Below, piece after piece: positions 1 through 13,364 of a stretch of DNA of 64,000 bases. The DNA comes from Vermamoeba vermiformis (taxonomy: Eukaryota). The notes beneath the pieces are model-generated. The model worked only from the letters and a program-made list of their open reading frames with translations, was not told the DNA's origin and searched no databases. A program made the position numbers and the translations under genes. How positions within the stretch are numbered: the stretch's first letter is position 1; each line of letters opens with the position of its first letter. Location: positions 310,001 to 374,000 of the forward strand of contig JBEWZL010000102.1 in assembly GCA_045837725.1 (NCBI GenBank), given 5' to 3'.

Positions 1-3000
1 GGCCCAATGAGCTCGTGCTCCGCGATAGTTTAGGACTACTACTAGCGCTTGAACTTGATTCCTCATCAGGCGAGTCAGGTTGGATCGCGTTCAACGGAAA
101 CACTTCAGGGAACGGCAGATCGAATTGACGATGAATGCAATCGAGTGCTCCTTGTAAATCTTCTACGAGTGCTGATCTTCGTTTCTCTCTCGACAACCAC
201 AAGCGCAGTTCTTTGTGCACAATGTTGCCGAAGATGATTAAAGTGCGCATCTGCTTCTTCGCCAGCAGTTTTCTAGCGTACTTGGCCAATAACAATTCTT
301 GTAAATAGAACTCTTCATCTTCCTATATTTTGCAAGTTAATAACATAACTTCAATAGTCGCTTAGCCGCGTACCGTATCAACACCAATATTCAATTTTTT
401 CGGACTATTAATCGTATCATCTTCAATCAAATTTCCTCGTTTGAGAGCTTTAACTAGCGCATCTTCCTCGCCTATATTAAAGTTAGAAGCAATCATATTA
501 AAATAAAGTTAGAAAACGATCCACGTACCGTGCTCAGGATTGCCGAGTGGTTCCAAGAATCGCATCAAATCGCGCAACAGATCCAAATTGTCGTATTTGA
601 GCGTGAGGTCTAACAACTTGATAGCACCACGACGAGCGTACTCAACACCGCTGTACAAATGCAAGATGCGCATGTACGAGGTCGAAGTGTCGATCCACTC
701 GTTCTTAATGCACTGTTCGAAGAGGTTGTACGGATCACCAGTGCAGCGGAATAACAACGGCCAGCAGTTGGGATCAACTTTGCGCGCACAATTAGCAACG
801 AGTTCAGGGAACTGTGGGAAATGTTGCAAGAACCGTGCGACTCGCAACAACGCGCTGGTCTCGGGCACGACAACAGGCTGGTGTTGCGTGGACTGGACTG
901 CTTGGATGTTAATCACTGGTGCGTTGACGTGAATGAGTGGCGGTGGTTGAATTCCTTCGCTTGAAATGTTGACTGGTGTCGCTGATTGTTTGCGCGCTGC
1001 ATTGATTGGGAACGATTAATAAGACCTCATAAGAAGCTGTATACTTACCTTTAGAATAGGACTGGTACTCCGTTTCGAGTGTGTCGTACAATAACAACTC
1101 TAAGCAATGCGAGAAATGAGGAATGAACGAGTACTTCTTGGCCAATTTGATCGCTTCTTGTTCTTCACCGCGCTCCAGCAATGTACGCAGCACTGTTTGC
1201 AAGAACGGATGGGTCTGAAATCAAAAAATTAAGTAACACTAATAATAATAGTGATCTTAATTAGCCTACTCGTGTTTGCAGGTCGTAGAATGGCAAGTTC
1301 GAGCAAGGCGAATACGTGTGCATTTGCGTCACGCCAATAATCACTGCCCAGTGCGGGATGAAACCTAAATTTTACGAGTTAAAATAGTACTCGAGAGCAC
1401 GTGTAAAGCTTTATAAGGAGTTAAAAAAAGAATATCTGCACCTCTACCGGCTCATTCAACATTCCAAAGGTAAGAACGAACAACTTAATAGTGCATTTTT
1501 TGAATTTCATCCGAGTAAACAAATAGCGCTTACCGATCGGATAAATATCGAGATCAAATTCTAAGAATCGATCTCGACTGAAGAATTTCATTGGTTGTTG
1601 TTGTGTTTCAGTTTCAGACAAGAATGGGAACCACAGCTGTCCACAAAATTTTTGTCAGTAATTGAGCATGATAACTATTGTGGGATAGACTTCATAAACA
1701 AATGATTCAAATAATAGGTATGACAATTATAGCACGAGTTTCAGGTGTTTACTCTCGATAGATTGCCTTTTTTGGAAGTAAACGTACCTGCAGACCATTT
1801 CGACCGTACGCCCAAAGTGTATTGCCCAAGTCTTCAAGCTCTGTGTTAGCCATCCAAAACTGCTCGACAGACGTTGACAATGTTTGACTGAGACTCTGTT
1901 CTGCGTTTGAAATCAGCAGCGTGCCTGACGGATCCAAGATCAAGCACTTGACTGACTTGCGAGCCCTAGCCAAACGTTAGTAATAATAAAATACTACAAT
2001 ATAAAGAACTTACTTAGGTTTCGCTGTTTTGTTTGCGGTGCTAGGCAAGAGCAACATTGCAGTCGGTGTTAATGTCGCAGCCTTGGCCATGGACACTTGT
2101 TGATCGAGCTTGAGCGACACTCTGACATTGTCTACAGCACAATAGGTTAGCCCTAAATAATAGCACATAACATGTACCTTTTTCACCCGTCAGGATCACG
2201 CTATACTGATAGAAGCACGCATCAGCAGTGAAGAGTACGAGGTAACTGTCGTTGCAGTCCAAGTACAACGGTCGTTTGTTCTGCGGCAGCGTAGCTTTGT
2301 ACAGCATTGCTGCATTGGACAGACGCGTTCGCAAGTAAAACCGAACCTAAATCAAGGTAAGTAATATGTGCGTGAGGCCTTTAACTATGTTACTTACCTC
2401 GTAGGAATTGGTTGCTCGATTGTGATTGGTCACAATGACTGCATCTTTGAACCAGCACAAGCCGCAGCACTCAATCTCTTGTTCTTCTTTCACGTCACCA
2501 AACAACTTCCACCGCTTAGTAATCGTGTTGTAAATCGCAAAGCCTCGTCGACCACTGACCGCAATGTTGTTGCCGTCGTAACTGATAGCCACGTGCTAGA
2601 TGGAGAATTTAGACTATGCATGTTAGTAATATCGTGTACATACTCTAACGGGCCAGTTTTCAGTGATGAAAGTAGTCGGCAGCTGCACAGTGCTCCACTT
2701 GAGTTCTCCCATCTTGCGGCTCTTGTTGAGCAGAATCATGATTCTGTCATCACCTTTGAACAACAGTCTGTGGCAATAATTCTACGGTCGAGTCAATAAG
2801 AGGTGTCTAAATGGCTAGTAGCTAGTGACGTACCATATTTGGGGTGTTGGCTAAACAGCTCTTGACAAATGAAAATTGTGTGAACAAACCATCAGGCTCG
2901 CACGAGGTGGCAATCAAATGATAGCCTTCAGGACCCCAAGCTAGATGCGAAACACCCTTCGAGAGCACTTCCCGGCTGTGAATCTTGTTTCCATCGGAGT

Positions 3001-4620
3001 CCTATAACCATAATCAAATATGAGCTCATATAAAGCACTTAGAACTAATCTTACCTTCTCGTCTTTGATGGGCTGATTGGGAATTGTGCTGTGCAATCTG
3101 CAGCCGTACAGGGACCACACTGAAAGGCCTCGCGAGGCATAGCCAACAGCAAGTGCTGAGCCTTCAGGAGTCCATTCGAGGCACGAGACAGCGCCTGTGT
3201 CTTCTTCTGACAGGCCCCAGTGTGACATCGTGAAGAGTCGCAGGAACGAGTAATCATCGAGCGTGAACACGATGACTTCACCGCTAGCACAACCAACAGC
3301 AACCTTTTCAGATTTTCTATTGATTGATATCTTAGTGGCGTCAGTGACTGCGAGCCAATAGCCTTCCATTTCTTGCAATGACGTTTCCCACTTCTGAAAA
3401 GAAAATTTGTTAGCGTGTCATAAACTCTTCGATGGTTGAACGTACTGTTTTGATGATAGCTGCGCGGCCGTCAGAGAATACAATGCCAAACATATTCATC
3501 TCTTTGACGTAATCAACATCAAGAACTTTCAATGTGCTGCTCTCAGCTATCAATGGACCATTATCGCTGTGATCGATCGATGTCCGCGACTTGGCACGGT
3601 TCATGTATTGTACTTGTGAGGGACTAGACGAGACTGAGTGATCACTAGCGGCACTGAGATTGTGTGCCGGTGATTGTGTCGGTGTTCCATTGGTCGGATT
3701 CAACGAGGATGATCGTGTTTTGCGTGTCGGCGTTGTGTAATTAATGCTGAATATTGACTGCTGCTCATTCACTTCGAAGTGATCGTCATCATTCAACTGC
3801 CATACATATATGAGTTTCATCATATTCGTAATCAAAATCCTTACCTGTAACCGCTGGAAAAATCCATCTTTTGTAAGCACAGTCATCGTTCCCTCAAAAT
3901 CGTAGTTCAGCCTTAATATACGTTAAATATGTTAGATTTACGTGTATATGATATGGTAGTCCTTACCATTTGATGCCCGTCAGTGAGCCATAATAAGTGT
4001 CTTCGTAATCGATGGTCACAGGGTGCGTGACAGGTCCTGCAAAATGTGGTGCACTTTCAGCGCCCTTTACTAACTTGACTTCAAATAGGTCTTGCTTTTC
4101 TTCGATTAGCGTAAGAAATATCATTCGGCCATTCTTTGTCTATCGTGCAAACGGTCGTTAATGCCACGATTTTCAAGCTTGCAAAATAAATTCAAAATCA
4201 AAACTTAAATTTGAAATTGTCTTTCTAGAGTTTCAAGATACTCTATATTGCATTGCACATACCGTTAATACAAAATTATTATTTTCAAGCCAGTATATCT
4301 CTTCATTTGGCCCATCCTCCTCAAAACTCGTTCCATCTCGTTTAAAACTTCCCAATAAAATTCGGTGCTATTAAAAATTAATTAATTAATTAATATTACG
4401 ACTGTATTCGCATAAGCAAAATTATTCGCTAATTAAATAAAAAATTTTCGGTTTTTTTAATAACCAGAGATCTGCTTCTTACTTGATGTGTTGACCAAAT
4501 ATATACTGCAGTTGAGGTAACTGTTGCTAAATATTTATGATCATTGGAGTAACGAGCATGGACGATCCTGTCTCTGGCTTTGATTGAAAATATCTTGGGA
4601 GTCCCTTGACAGAAATACAT
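1..4620 (-). CDS. RIC1: RIC1 (RAB6A-GEF complex partner), multi-exon; 3' end runs off the left edge
   Basis: Start MYFCQGTPK; WD-like exons (GAVSCLEWTPEGSALAVGYASRGLSVWSLYG; IAVSGRRGFAIYNTITKRWKLFGD); RIC1 domain (PHFSHCLELLL, FPELVANCARKVDPNCWPLLF); GT-AG introns; frame still open at position 1. Confidence 0.9.
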
Positions 4621-4904
4621 CAGAAGCAGGACTCTTTAATACTGTGTTATTAAAATTCGCGATATTCGTGTTCTTTACATCAACTATTTACAATGAATAA
4701 ACTGACTCACATCTACTGCTCGCTAAAAACCAAGTCGATAGCTGAACAAATCTTGATTATACAATTGTTTTATTGATTAAAACGAAAGAATTACATTGCT
4801 ATGAACAAAATATTATAACACGAAGATTAAGAGCCCAAAGAGGTCAAATCTGCGATCTTCAGTTTGATCTCCTTGCTCTTCGCTTTGCTTTCTCTTTTTC
4901 GTTC

Positions 4905-7838
4905 TTAAGCAACATAAGAGTACAAGTCCTTTTGGCCTTCGACTCTCTCCAAGTACTCCTTTTCGATCAGAATATCAATGCACTTCTTGATCACGCTAAC
5001 CTTGGGCTTGAATCTGTTTTGCAGTTGTGCAATGACTTCAGACATCAAGTTACCGTGGTTCAACTTTTTGCGGGCCTTCATGATACGCACAATAGCGGCT
5101 TGAATCTGCAACTTTCTGTCTTCTTCAACGACCTTGTGCGTGTCATCTGATTCCTTGTCAACAGCCTCACGAATGGGCACGTTGATCAAAACTTTGGCGC
5201 GCTTGCTCTTGAAGCCCTTGTTAAGAGTGAACTTGTTGCTCTTGGTGATTTCAGTGGCGTCCTTGACGTCCATGTTCAACACCTTGGTCTTGACGAGTGA
5301 CATCAACGTGGCCTTGAGGGCAGCTTCGGTCAACTGAGAAGAGCCTTGCATGTCTTCAGTGGTCAATTCGTCGCGGTCGTTGAACAACAACAGCAGACCC
5401 ATTTGATAAGTTGAGCATTGCAAGGTGTAACCAATACGGTTAGAGGTAGTGTAGCGAGTCTTGAGCTCACCCTTGGAGAATTGGTGCAACCAGTTCAATT
5501 TACGACCGTTGTGCTCGCGAGTGTAAAACTTGGTGAAGGTTTGTTCGCACAATTGAAGTTCCTTGGGGATGATGAAGTTGGTTGAAGGAGGTTGCAAGGG
5601 CCATGAACCAGTGGCCAAGACGAGGACTTGGAAGTCAACGCCACCGAGTTCCTTGTTGGAGGTGGTGCCCTTGAACTTGTCTTGTAAATCTTTGCTGAGG
5701 GACATATCGTTAAACATTCTGGCCAGCTTGGAAGTGTATTCGTAACCGCAGTTCTGCTTGAGCTTGGCAATCATTTGACCTTCCAAGAATTCAGAAGCAG
5801 AAGTGTTGTGGATCAAACGCTTGGCCAACATCTTGCTGTAGAAGGTTTGGAAAACGTCCTTGTCTTCGATGTACTTGAACACGAGCATGACGTCGTTCAA
5901 AATGTTCAAGGTCTCTTGTTCTTCGGGGTTCTTAGGACTCTTCTTCAACAGCAAGTCGCAGAACTTGGCCAACAATTCAGGGGACTTGGAAGTGGACTTG
6001 GCGGCCTTAGTGACGGCGTTGTCGTTAATGAATCGACGGCAAGCCTTGTCAAGAGCTGCAACAAAGCCAGCGTCAGCCTTGAAAGCAACAGTGACGAGGT
6101 CGTTGTATTTGCGGTGAACCTTCAACACGGTCTCGACGTATTGCTTGGGGTCATTGATGGCAGTCGAGGCAACACTTTCAACGGTTTGCAAACCAATGTT
6201 TTGAATGTGCTTCTCCAAGATAGCCTTCAAAGGCTCAGTACCACCGCGGATACGAGTCAACAAGTTGAACATGCGACCCAAATCATCAACCTTGTCGTCA
6301 TCGAGCAAGTGTTGGAACTCAGCGATGATGGTGTCCTTGTGCTTTTCAATCAACACGCGGTCGCACTTGTTCATCAACTATTGAAGTAAAATCGTTAGTT
6401 TTGCAAATACAGAGTAGACTTGCAGCTTGGACTTACGTCGACTTCGGTGGTAGGGTGCAAGTAGCTGCGCACGCGCTTTTGTTCTTCGTAGAGTCGTTGT
6501 TCGACCTTCTTCATGTAATCAGAAACAGAGTTCATAGAAATGAATTGCGAAGACTCAGTGGTGTAGTAAGTCTCAGTGTTGGCCAAGAATTGCTCTTCGA
6601 GGTCCTTCTTGTAAACGTCCAATGAACCTTCCTTAGGCTTCTCCTTGTTCAAGCCCAAGCTCACTAACATGATATATTAGGCACCATTCAATTACACAAC
6701 ACTAGGGCCACGTACCATAAGCGTCAATGACACCCTTGACGAGAGTAGTGTCGATTTGTTCTCCGTTGCGCTCCTTCTCAATAAGAGCAAGCAAGGCGTT
6801 TGTAAGACGAGTCTTCAAAGGACGGAACATGTGTTGACCCCAAATAACCAAAGATAACTGATAATAACGGATTAATAATCGTTCAATCGACATGAACGAA
6901 TTTACTTGAAAATTAAAGAAAAATCGGATCCTTAAGGAATTGGGTAATATCTTAAGAATAAGACTTGTCCTCAAAAAAATATTTAAATAGGCGCCTTGTT
7001 AAAATTGCTAGTCCCAGTTGCAGATCCGAAAAAATACTTACGATATAAATTTCATAAACTTCTTTTTTGCCATCGTCAGCCTCACGCTTGATCCAGTGAC
7101 GATTCTGCCAAAAAAGGTTAAAATGTATGACTAGAGGTATATTGATGACCTACCAAGTATTGGAAAATATTGTTGATGTATTTCATTGCAGTCGTGTAAC
7201 GATCCCACTCCTTTTTGTAGTAATTCAACAAAGAATCGTCCATACGAGTCTCAGCAACCTAGAAATAACGAAATATTAATTATGAGCCATAAAAAAAAAT
7301 AAGGGACCGAATTCTCTGATCAAATCTTGCTTTGAAGAAACTTTCAATTTTACTTCGCCCTGAAAATTTGCATATAATGGGCAAAAAAAAATTATATTGA
7401 ACACTAAGCTTACCTTCAAGAGGTTTTTCATATGCTTCTTCAAGAAGTCGTGAGTTCTCACATACAGCTCTTCACCAGCAAAGTTGGCTCCACTGACGCT
7501 GGGCTTGCCCTTAGTAGGCGCAGCTGATCGAGCAGTCGTACAATAATTGTAGACGCCACTAATGAGATGGTTAAAGATTGTTAAATTGTTAATAAACGTC
7601 CTCAGATTTCCATTTTAGAAATTATAAAGAAAAGCTAACCTACGACGATTAAATATTTGATTTGCGGTGAAAATATGCACATAAATATTATTGATAATAT
7701 TTTAGCTTACGTGTAGAGTTCCATCCATTTGTCTCGAGGAAATCCCTCGTTGAGATTGGTCAACAAGGTTGTTAAGCCAGCATCCAACTCGGGCCAAATT
7801 TCGTCCAATGTAACCCTCTTTGGCACAAGCGACGACAT
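4905..7838 (-). CDS. CUL1: Cullin-1 (SCF scaffold), about 7 exons
   Basis: Spliced start MSSLVPKRVTLDEIWPELDAG; cullin domain (SKSPELLAKFCDLLLKKS, FKYIEDKDVFQTFYSKMLAKRL); neddylation domain EEDRKLQIQAAIVRIMKARK...YSYVA*. Confidence 0.95.
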
Positions 7839-8524
7839 AATTAAGAATTATGAGAAGTGGGTGCTGTGTCCTCTGGTATGTGATATTCAAAAAATAAAAG
7901 AGACAAATTTTTGTTGCAAAGACCTGCGCCCGAGTCAAACTTCACAAACATATCAGAACGCTGTCAACGAACACAATACCTATGTTAGTATTATTTTTGA
8001 GTTAGTGGGGCCTAAACTCTGGGTTAGCAAAGGTATCTCAGGTAAAAAGCGGATGGTCCAATAATAGATCCGGCCAACTCAACCGCTGCGGACGTTGCGT
8101 CGTTGTTGTCAATCTTTTATACAAAAAAATGCAACTAATTTGCTAGTGCGAGGGTACACAATTTAATTGAAAAGTGGCTGAAAAAATTTTCGGATGATTG
8201 TTCAATGCTCATCCGCCCGTTGTTCTCGGTTATTGCTCATTAGATCATATAATGAAATGAAATTATGACGTGCAGATAATCGGAGGGTAAACGGGCTTCT
8301 CCGCGCTGTGTGCTATAGGGAGGCAGATGAGGTTTTTGTGTACCATTGGTGTCGGCAATTGACCACCTGTAGAACTTCTACCTCATTCTCTATAGTCCTA
8401 ATCGACCTGTTCTTATATTACGTAATTATTTAAGGTTAATCTCGTTATTCCCTCCGACAAACAAAATATCTTCCGACGAAAAAAAGTTACTCAACTATTT
8501 ACATACACATAGCAACCACAAGAG

Positions 8525-11500
8525 ATGGCGGCTGAATTACAAGATATACTAGCACCTTTGCTAGCGCCAGAGCACCTACAGTCTACTATTCAGAAGGTTC
8601 TCTCTATTTTAGATCGGTATCCAGATTTCAAAACCGACCCGGAGACTCAGGTTTACGTCTGGATGGACTTGGTCAAATTCTTCCGAAAGAGAGACTTCAT
8701 TACCTTCCCAGCACAGAAAGCGTTGTGGGATTTTGTTTACAGCAACCGAAATCCTGAGAAGGATGGACCTCCGATCGTATGGCGCCCCGACCCAGAGACC
8801 GTAGAGAATGCGCACGTCAACAAACTCCGTGTCAAATTAGGATTTAAAACCTATAGTGAGCTTCACCGATGGTCTGTGGAGAATCCTGAAGAATATTGGG
8901 AGAGAGCGATCGACAAGTTGAAGATTGTCTTCAAAAAGAAGCCGAAGAAGATCTTGGACTTGCGAAAGGGCCCCGAAAATCCTAATTGGCTCGTAGGAGC
9001 GCAGATGAATATTGCAGACAGCTGCTTTTCGCGTGTCCCCTCCCAACAAACGGCGATCATCTACAGAGAGGAAGGCTTGCATCAGACTCCACATCTTAAA
9101 ATCGTGACATATAAGGTAAGCACAACATACGGTTTCAATATTAAGCAAATCTTTTTCCTTTGAATTGCAAAATGAGCTCAACCGCCGTCGACCCGACCTC
9201 AAATCCGCTTAATTAATGGGGACTTTAAAGGACCCAATTCAATTAAAATTACATTGCAAGACAAAGAAACATTTGTTTTAGAGGATAAACAAATACTTTC
9301 AGACCTCGCGCTCATTTATATTCCGATCACCGCGCCCTTTTATTAAACAATTAATTTTCAAATTATTTTCGCGCTACGGTGAGCACGCGAGCTCTTCTTT
9401 ATTTATCATGTTATTTTAAGCTATTCTAAACTTCGCGAATCAATAATTCCGAAAAGATCCGATCAGGCTAACAATTTGTTCAATACAGCAATTAGAGCAA
9501 TTGACTAATAGAGTCGCGAATGGATTGGTAGAACATGGATTCAAGAAGGGAGATTTTATTGCAATTGATATGCCAATGACTGTCGAATCAGTTGCTATCT
9601 ATTTGGGCATTATTAAGGCCGGATGTGCTGCTGTTTCAATTCCAGACAGCTTTAGCCCTCCTGAAATCGAACGAAGACTTCGTATTAGCAAAGCCAAAGC
9701 TATTTTCACAGTTGACTACTTTGAACGAGGTGGCAAGAAGATTGAGATCATGTCTAAAGTCTACCAAGCCCACGCACCAATGTAAGTACAATCATAGCTC
9801 GTTAATTATTATCACTACAATATATATGGAGCCAATTATATTATATTGTAATCGTAGTAACGTGAGATCTGATTATCGATTCCTCAATTAGGACCATTGT
9901 CATTCCATTCGATATTAAGAACGATAAGCCTCAATTACGACTTGGCGATGAGCTTTGGGACCAGTTCTTAGGCAAATCAGAGCAATTTGACTCGATTCCT
10001 TGCTTCCCTCAAGACGTTACCAACGTGCTATTCAGCTCGGGCACTACAGGCGATCCTAAAGCCATTCCTTGGACTCAATTGACACCTATTAAGGTTGCTG
10101 CCGACGGGTATGATATAGTTTATATGTTATAATATATTATTATTAACAATATAATAATAACAATTCATTTGTACCGTTGAACTAACTCCGTGTAATCGCT
10201 AGTTATTACCACCAAAATATTCGACGCGGTGATGTTGTTTGCTGGCCTACTAATATTGGTTGGATGATGGGCCCTTGGTAAGTTATAATATTATTTTGAT
10301 TGTAGCTCGGCCATATACAAGCAATATTTCGAGTATTAATTTTTCTTTAATTATTTAGGTTGATTTACTCCGCTTTGATTAACGGTGGTACTATTGCTCT
10401 TTACTATGGCGCACCTTTTGGTCGTGCTTTTGGTGAATTTGTTCGCGATGCTTCTGTTACTATGCTCGGTGTTGTGCCTACCATTGTTAAGAACTGGATC
10501 AACACTAACTGCATGGACGGACTTGACTGGAGCTCAATTAAGGCATTTAGGTAACATAAGCATATTATATTAACGATTTATAGAACTGGAGTGATTATTT
10601 AAAATTAATTTAATTGGATTACTAAACTATTAACACCCGTCATTTCAGCTCTACCGGTGAGGCCTCGTACCCCAACGATTACTTGTACTTGATGAGCTTG
10701 GCACAGTTCCGCGCACCTGTTATCGAGTACTGCGGTGGCACTGAGATTGGTGGTGGCTACATCACGGGCACCATGGTGCAAGATGCCTCGCCCGCGACAT
10801 TTACAACCCCTGCTTTGGTACGTAATCGCATCGCTATATTAGCGCACGTGCTTATTATGAATGTATAGGGTCTTGACTTCCACATCCTCGATCACAAGCA
10901 CCAACCCGTCCCCGAGGGTGTTCAAGGCCAGTTGTTCTTAGTCCCGCCCTCCATTGGTCTCTCGCAGATGTTGCTCAACAGAGACCATCACAAAGAATAC
11001 TACGCCAAGTCTCCTAAGGGTCCTAACGGCGAGACTTTGCGTGTGCACGGCGATCAAATGATCAAGTTGGCCAACGGTTTCTTCCAAGTACGTAACTCTT
11101 AGTAGTCATATCAAATGATCGACTGACCAATCTTTGATTAGGCCTTGGGTCGTGCTGATGATACTATGAACTTGGGCGGCATTAAAGTTAGCTCAGCTGA
11201 GTTAGAGCGTGTCATGGGCAAGCACCCACAAGTCAACGAAGTCGCTGCCATTGCTATTCAACCTGTCGTAAGTACTTACAGCACGCACATATCGATCAAC
11301 AAAACTAACAATTATCTTCAGGGTGGCGGTGCTGACGAGTTGGTGGCGTATGTCGTGCCCAAATCAGCCAATCAAATGGTGATTCCTGTTGCCAAGTTCC
11401 ACCGTGAACTGCAACAACTGCTCCGCGAACAATTGAACCCGTTGTTCCAAATCAAAGAAGTGCAATTAATTAACGAGCTGCCTAAGACTGCCTCGAACAA

Positions 11501-11591
11501 GATTATGCGACGAGCTCTGCGCGATGAGTACTTGAAGCTCAGAGACAAACAGCTGCAAGAGAGCGGTGCTCAATTGCGCGCCAAATTGTAA
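8525..11591 (+). CDS. Acyl-activating enzyme / acetyl-CoA synthetase-like (AAE17/AAE18 type) with PTS1 -AKL
   Basis: AMP-binding motif LFSSGTTGDPKAIPW; EYCGGTEIGG; GRADDTMNLGGIKVSSAELER; LPKTASNKIMRR; C-terminal AKL*; about 9 exons. Confidence 0.9.
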
Positions 11592-11702
11592 ACAAATAAT
11601 CACCCAATTTTGACTAACAAAAATAAAAGCGCGAAATTCAAAATAATAAAGGTAACTATTAACTAATTTATTTTTGCTTAAAAATACATGATTAATAATA
11701 TT

Positions 11703-13022
11703 CTAATATTCGTATTCATAGGCCTCAAAGTAGCCCCAATCGCCGTCCCATTCAATGCCCTTGCTCAAGATGTACTGCAAGCACTTTTTGTTGTTGCCTG
11801 CTTTGGCCATAATACACGCGGTGTTGTCCATCGGACAGCCGTGCTCGTACGCGTAAGTCAGACACTCCATGCTACCTCGATACGCCGCGCGACGAGTGCA
11901 CACTTCGTCCCAAGGAGCACCGTTTTCATGTGCGTAGATCAATGCCTCGAGACATCCGCTGCCTGCCGCGCCAGAACAGGTCCTCTTCGTCATCGGCAGG
12001 CCTACTTCTCCGTGCAAGAACTTTAAGATGTCAGCACAGCCCCACATGGCTGCTTTATCGCACAAATTTTCTTTGGGATGTCTGAGGCCAGTGTTAATCG
12101 CAAATTTGACCATTTCTAGATTTTTGTTTTGGATCGCGCAAATGAGCACATCCGGATCCAACTCGATTCCATATTGATGGCATATTTTAATGCTTTCTAA
12201 GTGGTTATCATTCGCTGCGGATCTTGTCATGCCACTCTTGCCAGGACATCCATTTTCAAACGCGTACTTTAACACTTCAATGTGCCCAGCGTGTGCGGCG
12301 GAGTGCGTCGTCCAATGGTCCCATGGCGCTCCATGATCACGTGCGTACTTCAAGCACTCGAGATGATTGCGCCACGCTGCTGAACTGCACAGGCCTGCGT
12401 TCCAAGGACAGCCCTGCTTGTGCAAGTACTTCAGCACCTCCAAGTGACCATGTTCCGCGGCCTCTTTGGGTGCGTCTTCGTTCCAAACACAGCCTTCAGC
12501 ACGTGCATATTTAATGATCTCTAAATGCGCACCTGCAGCTGCTTGCGCGATCGTTCTATGATCCCACTCACATCCATTTTCGTGCATGAATTTGACGCAG
12601 TCCAAATGACCTTTTAATGCAGCCTTAGAGATGCCATATGCATTCATTTTAAAGCCCATTTCGTGGAAGAATTTTAAAGCAGGTAAAAATCCTCTTTCGG
12701 CAACCCAAGATGTGATCCAGCCACTCTCTACAGCTTTCATTGTTTTTCTGCGAGGCTGTATAATGTCAACCATATTTAAGAAGTCTTTTGAGACCAATGT
12801 AAGCAATCTCAATCGCACTCTAAAGCTGTGGAGTGAATAATCGTCGGTCTCGTGCGCCAATGTGCGAGTCAAAATGTCTTTCCAGATTTCTTTTGGAATT
12901 GTACGTTCATCCTATTAGACGTTAAATTATAATTATTTTGATTTTTGAGATAATTGATGATTAAATTTAAATTTAATTAGAATCGCAAAGTAAATTCAGC
13001 CTTAAAAACCTTTACCTACCAT
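11703..13022 (-). CDS. F-box-like + ankyrin-repeat protein (GCPWD-type repeats)
   Basis: ATG at 13022-13020 followed directly by an intron (gtaggt...ctaatag), then MDERTIPKEIWKDIL...LTLVSKDF (F-box pattern) and about 10 repeats such as AAEHGHLEVLKYLHKQGCPWN. Confidence 0.85.
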
Positions 13023-13364
13023 TTCAAGATACACCTAAGCTACTACGTAGTTTAATGTATAAATATTGCTTAGAGTTGTGTTGGTAGGCTGTTGCCGATT
13101 GACTAATTAAGTCTTTAAAAAAAAATCAACGAACATTTGTTTTAGTCTTGCTCTCGCGATCGTTATCTTAAATTCGACGAATTTATTATTATTGTTTAAC
13201 AGTAAAATGAATGACGTCTCCCTTCTGCAACGCTAACACATCTGCGTCGTCTTCAAGATCAACATCGCTAACCTTCATCTGCAGCAATTGTTTCATCGGT
13301 TACGTTATCAAAGCAAGCAGCGATATGTCTTTTCAATATGACTATATATTCACGTAATTCAGGC

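Noticed and set aside
5775-6389. 204-aa plus-strand ORF (and similar ORFs at 4773, 31451, 47063, 49106)
   Set aside because: Antisense shadows of codon-biased or low-complexity real exons on the other strand.
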